A DNA stretch of 64,000 nucleotides. It comes from Octopus vulgaris. Lineage: Eukaryota. The position numbers were made by a program, and so were the translations under genes. A model generated the notes under the pieces. That model saw only the letters and a list, made by a program, of their open reading frames with translations. It was not told the origin of the DNA and did no database searches. This document shows, piece by piece, positions 54,941 to 64,000 of this stretch (positions within the stretch are counted from its first letter, which is position 1; each line of letters starts with the position of its first letter). The stretch is taken from contig OX597836.1 of the NCBI GenBank assembly GCA_951406725.2, positions 31,558,001-31,622,000 of the forward strand, in the 5' to 3' direction.

Positions 54941-56331
54941 GTTACCTATAACTAACGAATATTTAAGATCTTTGTAACAAGTAATAAAATATATTGAATA
55001 TGCATATTCTGCGCATCTTCTTTGTTACTCTTTGATCTAAAATTAAAACTTCTAACTGCACCATGATTTATCTAGAACTTCTGCTAAGGCATCATGTTTA
55101 AACCTGTCTAATTTAAAATCAGTAGTTTGCATTTCAGTTGTTTTTTTTATTCCTTCAAGTTAAATGAAATTAATACCAGAGCACATGAAAGGGAGGGGGA
55201 GAAGTAAAAGGGGGGTAAAGGAAGAAAGAGTGATTTTAGTGCAACAGTACTGAGTTGTGTAGATGCTGTCTCATAGTGATCTTATATTTAAGTTGCAGTT
55301 GACAAACGATAGTGTCTCTGGATGCCGGCTTTCAATGGGCAACTGGTTCACAGCATTTCTGACAGCAAGAACGACATTAGAGTGCCTATAATTCATTGTT
55401 GAATAAATAACTTGAGGAACTTCAAGTTATTTTGCCAAAATGTATATCTTTCATCGCTGAGTATTTTCAAAAAATACATACACACACACACACTCTCTCT
55501 CTTTTACATGCATGCATCACTGAAACCTTTATCATTCTTCCTCTGTTTATTTTCTCTTATTCCTTTCTGCTGAAGAGCATAGGCTTGAAATGTAAAAGAT
55601 TTTCTCATTTTCCCAAATGTCAAACTATTACACTTGCTTGTTGTTCACACACCTGTCCTCGTCTTTTGTTTTTCTACATATAAATGTGTATAATTTAGAG
55701 AAAAACCACTATTAAACAATTCAATAAAGAAAAATGTTATTCACACCATATAGAAAACATATACTATAAAAATACAATAAACAGTAAATAGTAGTAAAAA
55801 GACTACGCATGTTGCATGGCTATATTTTCAAATAGATAATAATAATAAAATCAATTCGATTCAAAATTAAATGTGTGTATATATATATATAGATATTACA
55901 TATGTACGTATGTATGTATGTATGTAGTTGAAAACAGGTTAAGAATCCTTACAAATCAAAGTTACAGGTAAAAAGTGAAAGTAGAAATATTTCAGCTGAT
56001 ATACCCTCTAACTTTCATCAGGTATCTCGGGGTAATTTCGAACCTGGGTTCTCATTCCTGAGGTATTTTTCGATGTTGTTATTATTATTATTCAGGCTAC
56101 TGCCTGGAATCACAACCTCAGAATCTTTGGGTTAGTAGCCCATGCTCTTAACCATTACGCCATATGCCCGTGGGCATGCATGTATGTGTATATATATATA
56201 TATATAAACTTGCTTGGAGAAAAGAAACGAAACGACGCGAGGGCGCTCAGTCATATAATAATTTAATAAATAAAATATATGCATACATACATACATATAT
56301 GTGCGTACCTACATCTATATGTATATATACA

Positions 56332-56388
<57 letters not shown>

Positions 56389-56646
56389 TTGTTGTAGTGC
56401 AAGATTTTACTGTGATCTCATAATACTCTGGTTTTATGTGTAGCATTATTTCTAGTGTTTCCCTTGGAAATACTTACTTGGGGGCAAACGTTTGTTTTAG
56501 TCACATTGGACCATTGGCACAATGTATAGTTAGCTTGTTTTGGTGTCTCCTGTGGAAATGAAGCATTCTTCAGTAACATGGCATTTAGTGCACCCTCAGT
56601 ACCATTATTTGGAGCTGGTTCAATTTTCAAGAGGTCTGGTAAAAGA

Positions 56647-56721
<75 letters not shown>

Positions 56722-57162
56722 TAATAATAAAAATTCTACTATTTGTTTCTAATATATGCACAAGGCCTGAAATTTGGAAGAGACAGTCAGCCAATTACAT
56801 TGGCCTCAGTACCGGACTAGTATTTTGTTTTATCAGGTCAGAAGGACAAAAGACAAAGTTGACTGCAGCAAGATTTGAACTCAGAAAATAATGGTTCTTG
56901 TAGGCTTTTATTTTCCAGTATTCTAATGATTCTGCCAGCCCTGTGCCTTATATTTTCTGCTATAGACAGAAAGCCTGAAATTATGTGGGCATTTGATTAC
57001 TTCGACTCCAGGGCTCAACTGATGCTTTATTTTATCGACTCTGAAAGGATAAAAGACTAAGATGACCTCAGCAGAATTTGAACTCAGAACATAAACAGTC
57101 AGAAAGAAATACTGCTAATCATTTTTTGTCTACCATGCTAATGATTCTGTCACCTTGTTGGC

Positions 57163-57224
<62 letters not shown>

Positions 57225-60200
57225 CTTTTACTCTTTTACTTGCTTCAGTCATTTGACTGTGGCCATGCTGGAGCACCGCCTTTAGTCGAGCAAATCGCTC
57301 CCCCAGGACTTATTCTTTGTAAGCCTAGTATTTATTCTATCGGTCGCTTTTGCCACACCAGCGATGTTGGGGGGGGGGGCAGATACAGACACACAAACAC
57401 ACACACACACACACACATATATTCATATACATATATATGACGGGCTTCTTTCTCTCAAGGCTTAGGTCGGCCCAAGGCTATAGTAGAAGACACTTGCCCA
57501 AGGTGCCACACAGTGGGACTGAACCCGAAACCATGTGGTTGGTAAGCAAGCTACTTAAAACACAGCCACTCCTGCGCAATAACAACAACAACAATAATAA
57601 TAATAATTCTTTCTACTATAGAGACAGGGTCCTGAAAGTTTGAGGAATACCTTTGATGGACATGTTAAATGGAAGTTTATGCAGATACAAATGCTGTGGT
57701 ACAACAATAAACCAGATTTTGTTGGTGGATGACCTCATGTTGTGCACTTCACTGCAGATAATAAGCAACTAAAAACATTACTGCAGACAACACATGGATT
57801 TACTTGAGAAATTGATAGGAGATTTGGATTAGAAAAATGCACCATGGCAACCTTGGTGAAGGGAAAATTAAGAACATTAATATCTTGATAGATAAAGAAA
57901 TTGAGATAAGAAAATTATTACAAACATTGACATACAAAAATCAATGAATTAGACAATGCAAAACACACACATACGCAACAATGAGAGAGATTAAGGGGGA
58001 ATTATTTTAGACGTATTAGGTTAATACCTAAAATAGAGCTAAATGTATGTAAGAAATAAGGTATTGGGTATCAATACCCTGCCTGTCTCAATAACATGTC
58101 AGTTATAATTACCTCAATTGGACACTAAATTAATTAGCAAGATGAGACAGAGAAACATGAGAAATAATGGTTTCTTACATGAGTACAAGACAGGCCATTT
58201 TGAAGGGAGGGATTAAGTGACATCGTTGACCCCACTACATGGTTGCTGTTTTGTTTTATTGGTACCAAAAGGATAAAAGAGAAAGTTGACCATGGTAGGA
58301 TTTGAACCCGGAATGTGAACAGTCAGAAGAACAAATAATGCGAAGCATTTAAAAAAAATTTCTTATTTCTTTACTGCCCACAAGGGGCTACACACAGAGG
58401 GAACAAACAAGGACAGAGAAATGGATTAAATCGATTATATCGACCCCAGTGCGTAACTGGTACTTATTTAATCGACCCTGAAAGGATGAAAGGCAAAGTC
58501 AACCTTGGCGGAATTTGAACTCAAAATGTAGCGGCAGATGAAATACCTATTTCTTTACTACCCACAAGGGGCTAAACACAGAGGGGACAAACAAGGACAG
58601 AGAAATGGATTAAATCGATTATATCGATCTCAGTGCATAACTGGTACTTATTTAATCGACCCCGAAAGGATGAAAGGCAAAGTCAATCTTGGTTGAATTT
58701 GAACTCAGAATGTAGCGGCAGACGAAATACTGCTAAGCATTTCGCTCAGCATGCTAACATTTCTGCCTGCTCACCACCTTATTTTTTTTTTATATTTCTT
58801 ATGTTCTAATGGTCCTGGCAGCTCACTGCCTAGGCAAACATTTAGAAAAATAACGATGGCATTTGGAATATACAACACAAAATCTGACAGAGAAAGATTG
58901 CGTTTATTTATCGCATGCAACTAGAAGACATTCTTTAAAAGACCAAAAAACGTCTAGAGAATAATAATGGAGAACTGATATAAATAGCTAAAGAGCATAA
59001 AAACGAAACGAAACACAGACTGAAATGACAGATGTCATCGTCGTCGTCGTCGTCATCATCATCATCATCATCCTCAATCATCATCATCATCATCATCATC
59101 GTTTTAATGTTTACTTTTCCTTGCTTGCCTGGGTTGGATGAATTTATTGAGGCAGGTTTTCTACAGCTGGATGCCCTTCCTGTTGGACGGTTTGACTGGG
59201 CACTGGCAAGCCAGAAGGCTGCACCAGGCTTCAATCTGACCTAGCAATGTTTCTATAGCTGGATGCCCTTCCTGATGCCAACCACTCTGAGAGTGCAGTG
59301 GGTGCTTAAACACCGCACAAGGCTGATACCAAATTAGTTCTGTTTTGAACTATAATGCAAAACTGTTAATGAATTATCACCAGCAGATTTTTTGGCCAGA
59401 GTCCACTACTGAGTTTAGTATCTAAAAAATCTCACAAGAGGAATTAATATAAAATTTGATTGGTGATGAGGACCAGGGAGAAGTATTAACAAAATAATTT
59501 CTGTATCTACTTATGTAGACATCACAGCACTAATTTTGCATTAAATCGGTTGTGGCGGATGCCCTCAGGTGAGAAATGGGTTGGTCCACTATTAATAAAT
59601 AGGTTCAGGAGTGGTTGTGTGGTAAGTAGCTTGCTCACCAACCACATGGTTCTGGGTTCAGTCCCACTGCGTGGCACCTTGGGCAAGTGTCTTCTACTAT
59701 AGCCTCGGGCCGACCAAAGTCTTGTGAGTGGATTCGGTAGACGGAAACTGAAAGAAGCTTATTGTATATATGTGTATATATATACATATATACAGTTGTC
59801 AAGCAAAGTTGTGGGGACAAACACAGACACACAAACATACACACACAAACACAAACATACATATATACAACTTTGCTTGACAACTGACGCTGCTGTGTTT
59901 ACGTCCCCGTAACTTAGCGGTTCGGCAAAAGAGACCAATAGAATAAGTACTAGGCTTACAAAGAATAAGTCCTGGGGTTGATTTGCTCAACTAAAGGTGG
60001 TGCTCCAGCATGGCCACAGTCAAATAACTGAAACAAGTAAAAGAGCAAAAGAGTAAAGAGTGGGCTGACACGGGCAGTAGAGTCAGTTGGCAAAGGTACA
60101 ACATTCAGACCAGTCCCATAGAGACGAGAAAATTCGTCATCATCATGGGACATATCAGTGGTGACAAGGGTTTGGACGATATCACCAATGGGGCATACCA

Positions 60201-60492
60201 AAATCTTAGTACGAAATATTTTCTTTTCATAGTTTTAGCTTTGCCTCATGTATAAGTTGCAACTCCAGTTTCTGCAGTTAAAATCAAGAATAAAATTGAG
60301 TGATTTGTAAATGTGTAAATACAGCATTCATTTATTGAAAGGCTGTGATTATTTTCTGTGTCTACATGAATGAAATGATAAAAAATACAAGCCAAGAAAC
60401 ATACCTGCCATCATATTGTATAATTCAATATTATCAAATGGTTCGGTGAGAGTGCTATTCACAAAACTTGGTCCAGAAGCCAGGAAAAAGGC
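2606..60492 (-). CDS. ENPP: Spliced ENPP1/3-like ectonucleotide pyrophosphatase/phosphodiesterase with tandem (PDE-NUC)x2 architecture; 24 exons in window, partial at both ends
   Basis: 24 GT-AG exons with matching phases join into a 1,019-codon open frame. Motifs: [76 protein letters not shown]. Orthology to a specific vertebrate ENPP is not determinable from this window. Confidence 0.9.
2936..3015 (-). mobile_element. Terminal fragment of a mariner element
   Basis: tattgggttgtccgga... is the reverse complement of the end of the mariner relic at 19255-19335. Confidence 0.65.
3297..3634. repeat. Fold-back inverted repeat, 163-bp arms, 12-nt spacer
   Basis: 3297-3459 is the reverse complement of 3472-3634 with about 7 mismatches. 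Confidence 0.95.
3500..3598 (+). ncRNA. Type I hammerhead ribozyme (Penelope-like), intact core
   Basis: Stem I 3500-3512/3586-3598; CUGAUGA 3513-3519; long stem II gaaga..gcata/tatgc..tcttc; GAAA 3574-3577; short stem III; GUU site at 3583-3585. Confidence 0.72.
4165..4294 (-). CDS. ENPP module B exon with EF-hand-like loop: [43 protein letters not shown]
   Basis: [11 protein letters not shown] Ca2+-binding motif of the ENPP NUC domain; ttttag/gtaagt. Confidence 0.94.
5250..5327 (-). CDS. ENPP module B exon: [26 protein letters not shown]
   Basis: tttctag/gtaagt; phase 1 to 1; positional paralogue of 47083-47133. Confidence 0.78.
5841..5979 (-). CDS. ENPP module B exon: [18 protein letters not shown]...LPNCSQ...NLYPS
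   Basis: C...D.R and L(Y/F)P pattern of the NUC domain; ccacag/gtataa; phase 0 to 1. Confidence 0.85.
6372..6560 (-). CDS. ENPP module B exon (NUC start): VKGLFVLL...SFGLPAS...[20 protein letters not shown]
   Basis: FGLP and Y.....LP pattern paralogous to 54191-54367; ttgcag/gtatgg; 189 nt. Confidence 0.85.
7112..7308 (-). CDS. ENPP module B exon: [21 protein letters not shown]...FSKM
   Basis: APNNGT.G.L motif; cttcag/gtaaat; phase 1 to 0. Confidence 0.88.
7879..7966 (-). CDS. ENPP module B exon: [29 protein letters not shown]
   Basis: F.A.GP.FK......PFENIE.YNL motif; aacag/gtgagt; 88 nt. Confidence 0.95.
8265..8378. repeat. Fold-back hairpin, ~50-bp arms
   Basis: tgcacttttaaaatatgtttattc..ttgaccggtttcac pairs with gtgaaactggtcaag..gaataaacatcttttaaaagtgca. 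Confidence 0.85.
8861..9499. mobile_element. piggyBac-like MITE with nested Helitron
   Basis: TTAA|CCCTTT...AAAGGG|TCAA ends; a related truncated copy starts at ~9617. Confidence 0.55.
8993..9387 (-). mobile_element. Non-autonomous Helitron
   Basis: On the minus strand: 5' TC(TTTATATATAAA), subterminal GC hairpin remnant, 3' CTAG, inserted between A and T. Confidence 0.75.
9806..10146. repeat. GC-rich (CCG/CCA/CTG) trinucleotide tract with 18-bp sub-period
   Basis: Repeated gccgctgccgcttccgcc units flanked by (CCA)n in an otherwise AT-rich intron. Confidence 0.9.
10151..11119 (+). repeat. Tandem array of four 169-bp units derived from a piggyBac-like MITE
   Basis: Equivalent positions at 10610, 10779, 10948, 11117; sequence matches the MITE at 27780-27999. 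Confidence 0.9.
10215..10475 (+). mobile_element. tRNA-derived SINE family D with 16-bp TSD
   Basis: tggcttagtggttagg / gtttcgattc boxes; direct repeat tatcattaagctagtg at 10199-10214 and 10476-10491; related copies at 45853-46110 and elsewhere. Confidence 0.8.
11345..11408 (-). CDS. ENPP module B exon: [21 protein letters not shown]
   Basis: G.HGYDN...SM zinc-ligand His motif; cctcag/gtaaaa; 64 nt. Confidence 0.93.
11874..11958 (-). ncRNA. Hammerhead ribozyme motif, core-mutated (G12A)
   Basis: tagac-CTGATGA-stem II (gtgactatattt/aaatatagccac)-AAAA-cacgt-GTA-gtcta. Confidence 0.6.
15689..16072 (+). mobile_element. Non-autonomous Helitron
   Basis: 5' TC...TATATAAA, 3' hairpin cccgagcaacgccggg then CTAG|T; 3' part shared with 8993-9387. 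Confidence 0.78.
16367..16529 (-). CDS. ENPP module B exon: [54 protein letters not shown]
   Basis: L.C...H...Y.K..LPK.LHYAN..RI motif; ttacag/gtaagt. Confidence 0.94.
18506..18661 (-). CDS. ENPP module B exon: [17 protein letters not shown]...[10 protein letters not shown]...NET
   Basis: Continues DHGM; ttccag/gtaagt; phase 1 to 1. Confidence 0.88.
18940..19335 (+). mobile_element. Degenerate mariner transposon 3' fragment
   Basis: [23 protein letters not shown] resembles the mariner YSPDLAPSD motif; ends in terminal inverted repeat (TIR) ...ccagacaacccaata. Confidence 0.88.
19399..19507 (-). CDS. ENPP module B exon: [36 protein letters not shown](G)
   Basis: ADHG zinc-ligand motif; ctcag/gtgagt; 109 nt. 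Confidence 0.95.
19722..20065 (+). mobile_element. SINE-like family C copy with (GAT)n tail
   Basis: gtgctggtggcacgtaaaaagcacc repeats, ggaagggcatccagctgtagaaac core, cgttaaac(gat)n end; also at ~15190-15510, 32375-32600, 33290-33715, 45085-45350. Confidence 0.75.
21066..21592 (+). repeat. Minisatellite of ~25-bp monomers with a 100-bp higher-order repeat
   Basis: aaagcactca recurs at 21141, 21241, 21341, 21441; the array runs into a family C body. Confidence 0.9.
22157..22570 (+). mobile_element. Full-length tRNA-derived SINE family A
   Basis: Complete head, internal (TA)/(TG) tract and (gtaaaaga)n tail; similar copies at 36862-37530, 40012-40410, 50460-50870 (-), 52368-52760, 59605-60060. 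Confidence 0.88.
22738..22864 (-). CDS. ENPP module B exon: [42 protein letters not shown]
   Basis: LYF.(E/Q)PD..GH..GP zinc-ligand motif; ttccag/gtttgt. Confidence 0.93.
22932..24050. mobile_element. Head-to-head inverted pair of tRNA-headed, hammerhead-bearing elements; left arm interrupted by a ~540-bp repeat
   Basis: Arms 22932-23113 + 23655-23753 (-) and 23762-24050 (+) are reverse complements. The insert at 23114-23654 also occurs at ~13345-13810. Confidence 0.75.
24346..24379 (-). CDS. ENPP module B 34-nt micro-exon: (K)[10 protein letters not shown](P)
   Basis: tttcag/gtgagt; supplies exactly the phase 1 to 2 bridge needed; aligns with the ENPP P..Y..Y segment. Confidence 0.85.
26020..26086 (-). 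CDS. ENPP module B exon: [22 protein letters not shown]
   Basis: IW......G.K....PGS pattern; ctatag/gtaagt; phase 0 to 1. Confidence 0.88.
27358..27699. mobile_element. MITE-like element with ~60-bp inverted repeats
   Basis: gtgtctgggaagagtcattttctttttgtgccttataatgtaacacactcactggtaa is mirrored at 27637-27699. Confidence 0.7.
27780..27999 (+). mobile_element. piggyBac-like MITE (220 bp)
   Basis: TTAA|CCCTTTTGTTAC...GTAACAAAAGGG|TTAA. Confidence 0.85.
28127..28237 (-). CDS. ENPP module B exon: [37 protein letters not shown]
   Basis: GLYPE.HGII.N and WW..EP motifs; aacag/gtaagg; 111 nt. Confidence 0.95.
29101..29335. mobile_element. Tc1/mariner-type MITE nested in a piggyBac-like MITE (29031-29490)
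   Basis: TIR cagggtgttcaaaaagtctctccgcagt / actgcggagagactttttgaacaccc. Confidence 0.8.
30873..31038 (-). CDS. ENPP module B exon: [17 protein letters not shown]...[16 protein letters not shown] (Zn-ligand Asp, catalytic Thr)
   Basis: Hallmark SLDGFR and KTFPNH; ttacag/gtgagt; 166 nt. Confidence 0.96.
36545..36770 (+). mobile_element. RTE-like LINE 3' ORF relic
   Basis: Frameshifted WxGH...RWT...PR..KR..GRP pattern; similar RTE relics at ~41460-41690 and ~61070-61220 (LEVVDSF.YLGD). Confidence 0.55.
37641..37806. repeat. Fold-back hairpin, ~73-bp arms, ~20-nt loop
   Basis: ttaccactaagaaaggaatg...aagacaaatgaaa mirrored by tttcatttgtctt...cattcctttcttagtggtaa. Confidence 0.88.
41142..41356 (-). 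CDS. Junction exon: end of NUC-A ([13 protein letters not shown]...LRTFLP) plus linker [21 protein letters not shown]
   Basis: ttttag acceptor; 71 codons + AA, then gtaagt donor (phase 2), matching the phase-2 acceptor at 31038. Confidence 0.9.
43573..43726 (-). CDS. ENPP module A exon: [21 protein letters not shown]...DC...[13 protein letters not shown]
   Basis: P(T/S)H(F).....C...C...ILPH motif; tttcag/gtaggt; phase 2 to 0. Confidence 0.9.
43910..44126 (-). mobile_element. piggyBac-like MITE, same family as 27780-27999
   Basis: TTAA flanks; reverse-complement match to the other copy. Confidence 0.82.
45417..45558 (-). CDS. ENPP module A exon: [39 protein letters not shown]...
   Basis: W...N...GP.F motif; polypyrimidine tract plus ag acceptor, gtaagg donor; phase 1 to 2. 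Confidence 0.87.
47083..47133 (-). CDS. ENPP module A exon: [17 protein letters not shown]
   Basis: VPM..(G)F motif (ENPP NIVPMY..F); ttgtag/gtgagg; 51 nt, phase 1 to 1. Confidence 0.83.
47346..47558. mobile_element. Tc1/mariner-type MITE
   Basis: TA-flanked TIR gggtgtcccagaagt / acttctgggacaccc. Confidence 0.75.
49092..49215 (-). CDS. ENPP module A exon: VRSTTKPP...[22 protein letters not shown]
   Basis: C..Y..D...S.G(F/Y)L.P pattern; aag acceptor, gtgagt donor; phase 0 to 1 fits neighbours. Confidence 0.8.
49404..49900 (+). mobile_element. 3' fragment of an RLE-type (R4/Dong-like) non-LTR retrotransposon in (TAA)n
   Basis: [15 protein letters not shown]...[19 protein letters not shown]...PIVIG.LG...TAHILRKIL resembles the restriction-like endonuclease C-terminus; (AAT)n on both sides. 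Confidence 0.75.
54191..54367 (-). CDS. ENPP module A exon (NUC start): LLSSESQ...HLPFGLP...[11 protein letters not shown]
   Basis: HLPFG.P and MP.W.S motifs of the ENPP nuclease-like domain; tcacag/gtatgt; 177 nt. Confidence 0.9.
56478..56635 (-). CDS. ENPP module A exon: [23 protein letters not shown]...VCPQ
   Basis: PAPNNGT motif ending the PDE domain; ttaccag/gtaagt; phase 1 to 0. Confidence 0.92.
57650..58170 (+). mobile_element. Degenerate non-LTR reverse transcriptase fragment
   Basis: xDDL motif followed by FGLEKC; many stops and frameshifts. Confidence 0.5.
60405..60492 (-). CDS. ENPP module A exon (PDE C-terminal part): [29 protein letters not shown]
   Basis: tttcag acceptor, gtatgt donor; 88 nt, same size and phases as its module B paralogue 7879-7966. 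Confidence 0.93.
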
Positions 60493-62411
60493 CTGAAAAA
60501 TTAGAAAAGTAAAAACGAAAAATTTTTGATAAGAAAAAACATGAAATATCTTTCTTGAAAATACATTCACATATTCATCTGGGTTAATTTAGCAAAGTGG
60601 AGGCACATGGCCTAGTGGTTAGAGTAGCGGACTTGCGGTCGAGGGATCGCAAGTTTGAATCTCAGACCGGGTGATGTGTGTGTTTATGAGTGAAACACTT
60701 AAGCTCCACGCAGCTCCAGCAGAAGGTAATGCCGAACCTCTGCTGACTCTTTCGCCACAACTTTCTCTCAATTTTTCCTTCTGCATCTTGCAGCTCACCT
60801 GCGACGGACCGGCGTCCCGTCCAGGTGGGGAACCTATATGCCACGAAACCGGGAAACTGGCCCTTATGAGCCAGGCATGGCTCAAGAAGGAACAAACAAA
60901 ATTTAGCAAAGACCAAAGTATTGGTAAGTAGGAAACAGACAAATCACAAATCCCTTCAGGAAGATAGCTCTGCTCGGTATGTAGGAAAGGTGTTGGGAGA
61001 AACTTCATGAATTGTACCCAGTGCAAGCTATGGACACATAAGAGGTGCAGTGGTGTCACAGGAAAACTAACAGAGAGAGTAGTCTTTACATGAGGCAGAT
61101 GTGCAGGTACATTAAACACCAGGAATGTACAAAAAAATAGACCTCCCCCAATGTTAATGGGGGATCCTTAGAAGTAGTAGACAGTTCCCTTTACTTAGGG
61201 GATGAAGTTGGTAGCGGGGAAAGTCATTTGACTGTGGCCATGCTGGGGCACTGCCTCGAAAAGTTTTAGTTGAACATATCAACCCCAGGACAAGATTTTT
61301 TTAAGCCTAGTACTTACTCTATTGGTTTCTTTTGCCAAACTACTAAGTTATGGGGACATAAACACACCAACACTGGTTGTCGAGTAGTGGTGAAGGACAA
61401 ACACAAACACAAAGACACACACAAACACACACACACATGACGGGCTTTTAGTTTCTGTATACCAAAACCTCTCATAAGGCTTTGGTTGGCTCGAGGCTAT
61501 AAGTAGAAGACACTTGCCCAAGGTGCCACGAAGTGGGACTGAATCCGAAACCATGTGATTGGGAAGCAAGCTTCTTACCACAGAGCTATGCCTTTGCTTG
61601 TATGCTGGAAAATACAGTAAATTTTTCTAACCATAACTGAAGCCAGCTCAAGCAGTTTTGTTTGCTTGTTCCTTCTCAAGCCATGCCTGGCTCATAAGGG
61701 CCGGTTTCCCAGTTTCCTTGGCATATAGGTTCCCCACCTGCAACGGACTGGCGTTCTATCCAGGTAGAACGCCAGTCCGTTGCAGGTGAGCTGCAAGATG
61801 CAGAAGGAAGGAGTGAGAGAAAGTTGTGGCGAAAGAATCAGCAGAAGTTCACCATTACCTTCTGCCGGAGCCACATGGAGATTAGGGGTTTCACTCATAA
61901 ACACACATCGCCTGGTCTGAGATTCGAACCTGCGATCCTTCGACCGTGAGTCCGCTGCTCTAACCACTAGGCCATGTGCCTCCACCAAGCAGCTTTAATC
62001 CTGTCCAAAAACAAGTCCAAACAATGTAGGATTGCAATGTGTGTCATTAAAGGGGCAAGAGAGGGTTATACTGTTGCAAATTAACCGTTAAGTAATTATA
62101 AAATTATATGACTTGTGAAGCTCATTATAAGAAATTGACTCTACTTGAAATGCAGGATACAACTAGTCATAAATAATGTCTTAAAGTATTGTATTAAACA
62201 GCATCTCATTTAAATAGCGACAAATTGTATTGAAATTTATTGAAAGATGGACAAATAAAAAAAAAGAAGAAAAACTATTTTAAAAAAGCAGAAAAGAAAA
62301 GAACAAAAAAAATTTCTATTTTCATTATTATTAATATTATTATATTGGTGGACTTAGTTTTATTAGCCTTGGACATATATATACATATATATATATATAT
62401 AAGTATATATG

Positions 62412-62442
<31 letters not shown>

Positions 62443-62458
62443 ATATATATATATATGT

Positions 62459-62508
<50 letters not shown>

Positions 62509-63114
62509 GCATATACACATATATAGTGCTTTTTGTTTGTTTTTGTCCCATCATACCCCAACCCTACCCCACCTCCACTCAACCCCCCCAATCGACCCCA
62601 CCCTCCCAGTCGACCCCCCATCTCACCCCACCACCATCATCATCATCATGAGCATCATGCATTATTATCATTATTACTAATTTCAATTTTTTTTTTTTCT
62701 TTTATTTCCCCCCCCCCTCGATTTCTTTTTCACACACGTCTAAAAACCAATAATATATGATTTGTACTGCTTCCAGTTTTCACAGTTTGTTCTCCGTTAA
62801 TTTCCTTCCCGGAAATGAACAATTTTTTTTTTTTCCTCTTCCCCCCTTAACTTCCTCTCCGCCGTCCTTTGCACAAATCTTCTTCAAATGCCTCTTATTG
62901 TTGCTCTTCTGCCATTCAGACCAATCACGCTTCAAACAGGAGACTGTCAACAAGTGACAATGGTTGTACATCTCTTGGCATTAAAACTACATCCTCATTC
63001 ATTAGAATTAAAGCTCATGGTGAAGGTTGGTGCCGGAATTATCTCCAAAATGTCCAAGTTTCATAAACTAGATTCTGCATTCAATGAGTATTTATATTTA
63101 ATATTTAACCCTTT

Positions 63115-64000
63115 TAAGGTGGCGAGTTGGCAGAAACATTAGCACATCAGGTGAAAAGCGCAGAAGTATTTCGTCTGTTGCTACATTCTGAGTTCAAATT
63201 CCACCGAGGTCGACTTTGCCTTTCATCCTTTCAGGGTCGATAAATTAAGTACCAGTTGTGTACTGGACTCGATCTAATTAACTGGCCCCACCCCGCAAAA
63301 ATTTCAGGCCTTGTGCCTAGAGTAGAAAAGAATATGTTTGTCTTCTACTGCCTTTTAAGCTGGTGAGCTGGCAGAATCATTAGCACATCAGACGAAAAGC
63401 ATAGCAGTATTTTGTCTGCCGCTATGTTCTGAGTTCAAATTCCACCAAGGTCGACTTTGCCTTTCATCCTTTCGGGGTTAATAAATTAATTACCAGTTAT
63501 GCACTGGGGTCGATGTAATTGATTTATCCATTTGTCTGTCCTTGTTTGTCCCTTCTATGTTTAGCCCCTTGTGGGCAATTAAGAAATAAGAAATGTTAGC
63601 ATGCCGGGTGAAATGCTTAGCAGTATTTTGTCTGCCGTTACGTTCTGAGTTCAAATTCTGCCGAGGTTGACTTTGCCTTTCATCCTTTCAGGGTCGATAA
63701 ATTAAGTATCAGTTATGCACTGGGGTCGATGTAATCGACTTAATCCATTTGTCTGTCCTTGTTTGTCCTCTCTGTGTTTAGCCCCTTGTGGGTAGTAAAG
63801 AAATAAGTATTTTGTCTGCCGTTATGTTCTGAGTTCAAATTCCACCGAGGTCGACTTTGCCTTTCATCCTTTCGGGGTTAATAAATTAAGTATCAGTTAT
63901 GCACTGGGGTTGATGTAATTGACTTAATCCTTGTTTGTGTCTCTATGTTTAGCCCCTTGTGGGCAATAAAGAAATAAGAAACATTAGCATGCCAGGCGAA
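63115..64000 (+). repeat. Tandem cluster of SINE family B copies
   Basis: ttctgagttcaaatt...gactttgcctttcatcctttcggggtcgataaattaagtacc repeated at least 4 times; dispersed copies at 24805-25035, 31175-31410, 41690-41920, 58365-58780. Confidence 0.85.

Noticed and set aside
60493-64000. Search for the module A HGYDN exon
   Set aside because: Not found; probably lies right of the window, so the catalytic status of module A cannot be judged

Overview
AT-rich, microsatellite- and SINE-dense eukaryotic DNA. The repeat families look coleoid cephalopod, most likely Octopus; this is recognition, not a database result. The ORF track is almost entirely repeat noise. I assembled 24 short minus-strand exons by hand (60492 to 2606; 3,057 nt, 1,019 codons). 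All have GT-AG boundaries and mutually compatible phases, and they encode an ENPP1/3-like ecto-nucleotide pyrophosphatase/phosphodiesterase. The exons form ONE reading frame containing two ENPP modules in tandem. Module A (end of the phosphodiesterase [PDE] domain plus the nuclease-like [NUC] domain) runs without a stop through a Cys-containing linker exon (41142-41356) into a complete second PDE+NUC module B with all catalytic residues intact. Both gene ends appear to lie outside the window. The introns hold several tRNA-derived SINE families, piggyBac- and Tc1/mariner-type MITEs, Helitrons, a solo LTR, LINE relics and satellites. They also hold several Penelope-type hammerhead-ribozyme motifs, including a 163-bp-arm fold-back with an intact antisense ribozyme and a core-mutated sense copy.
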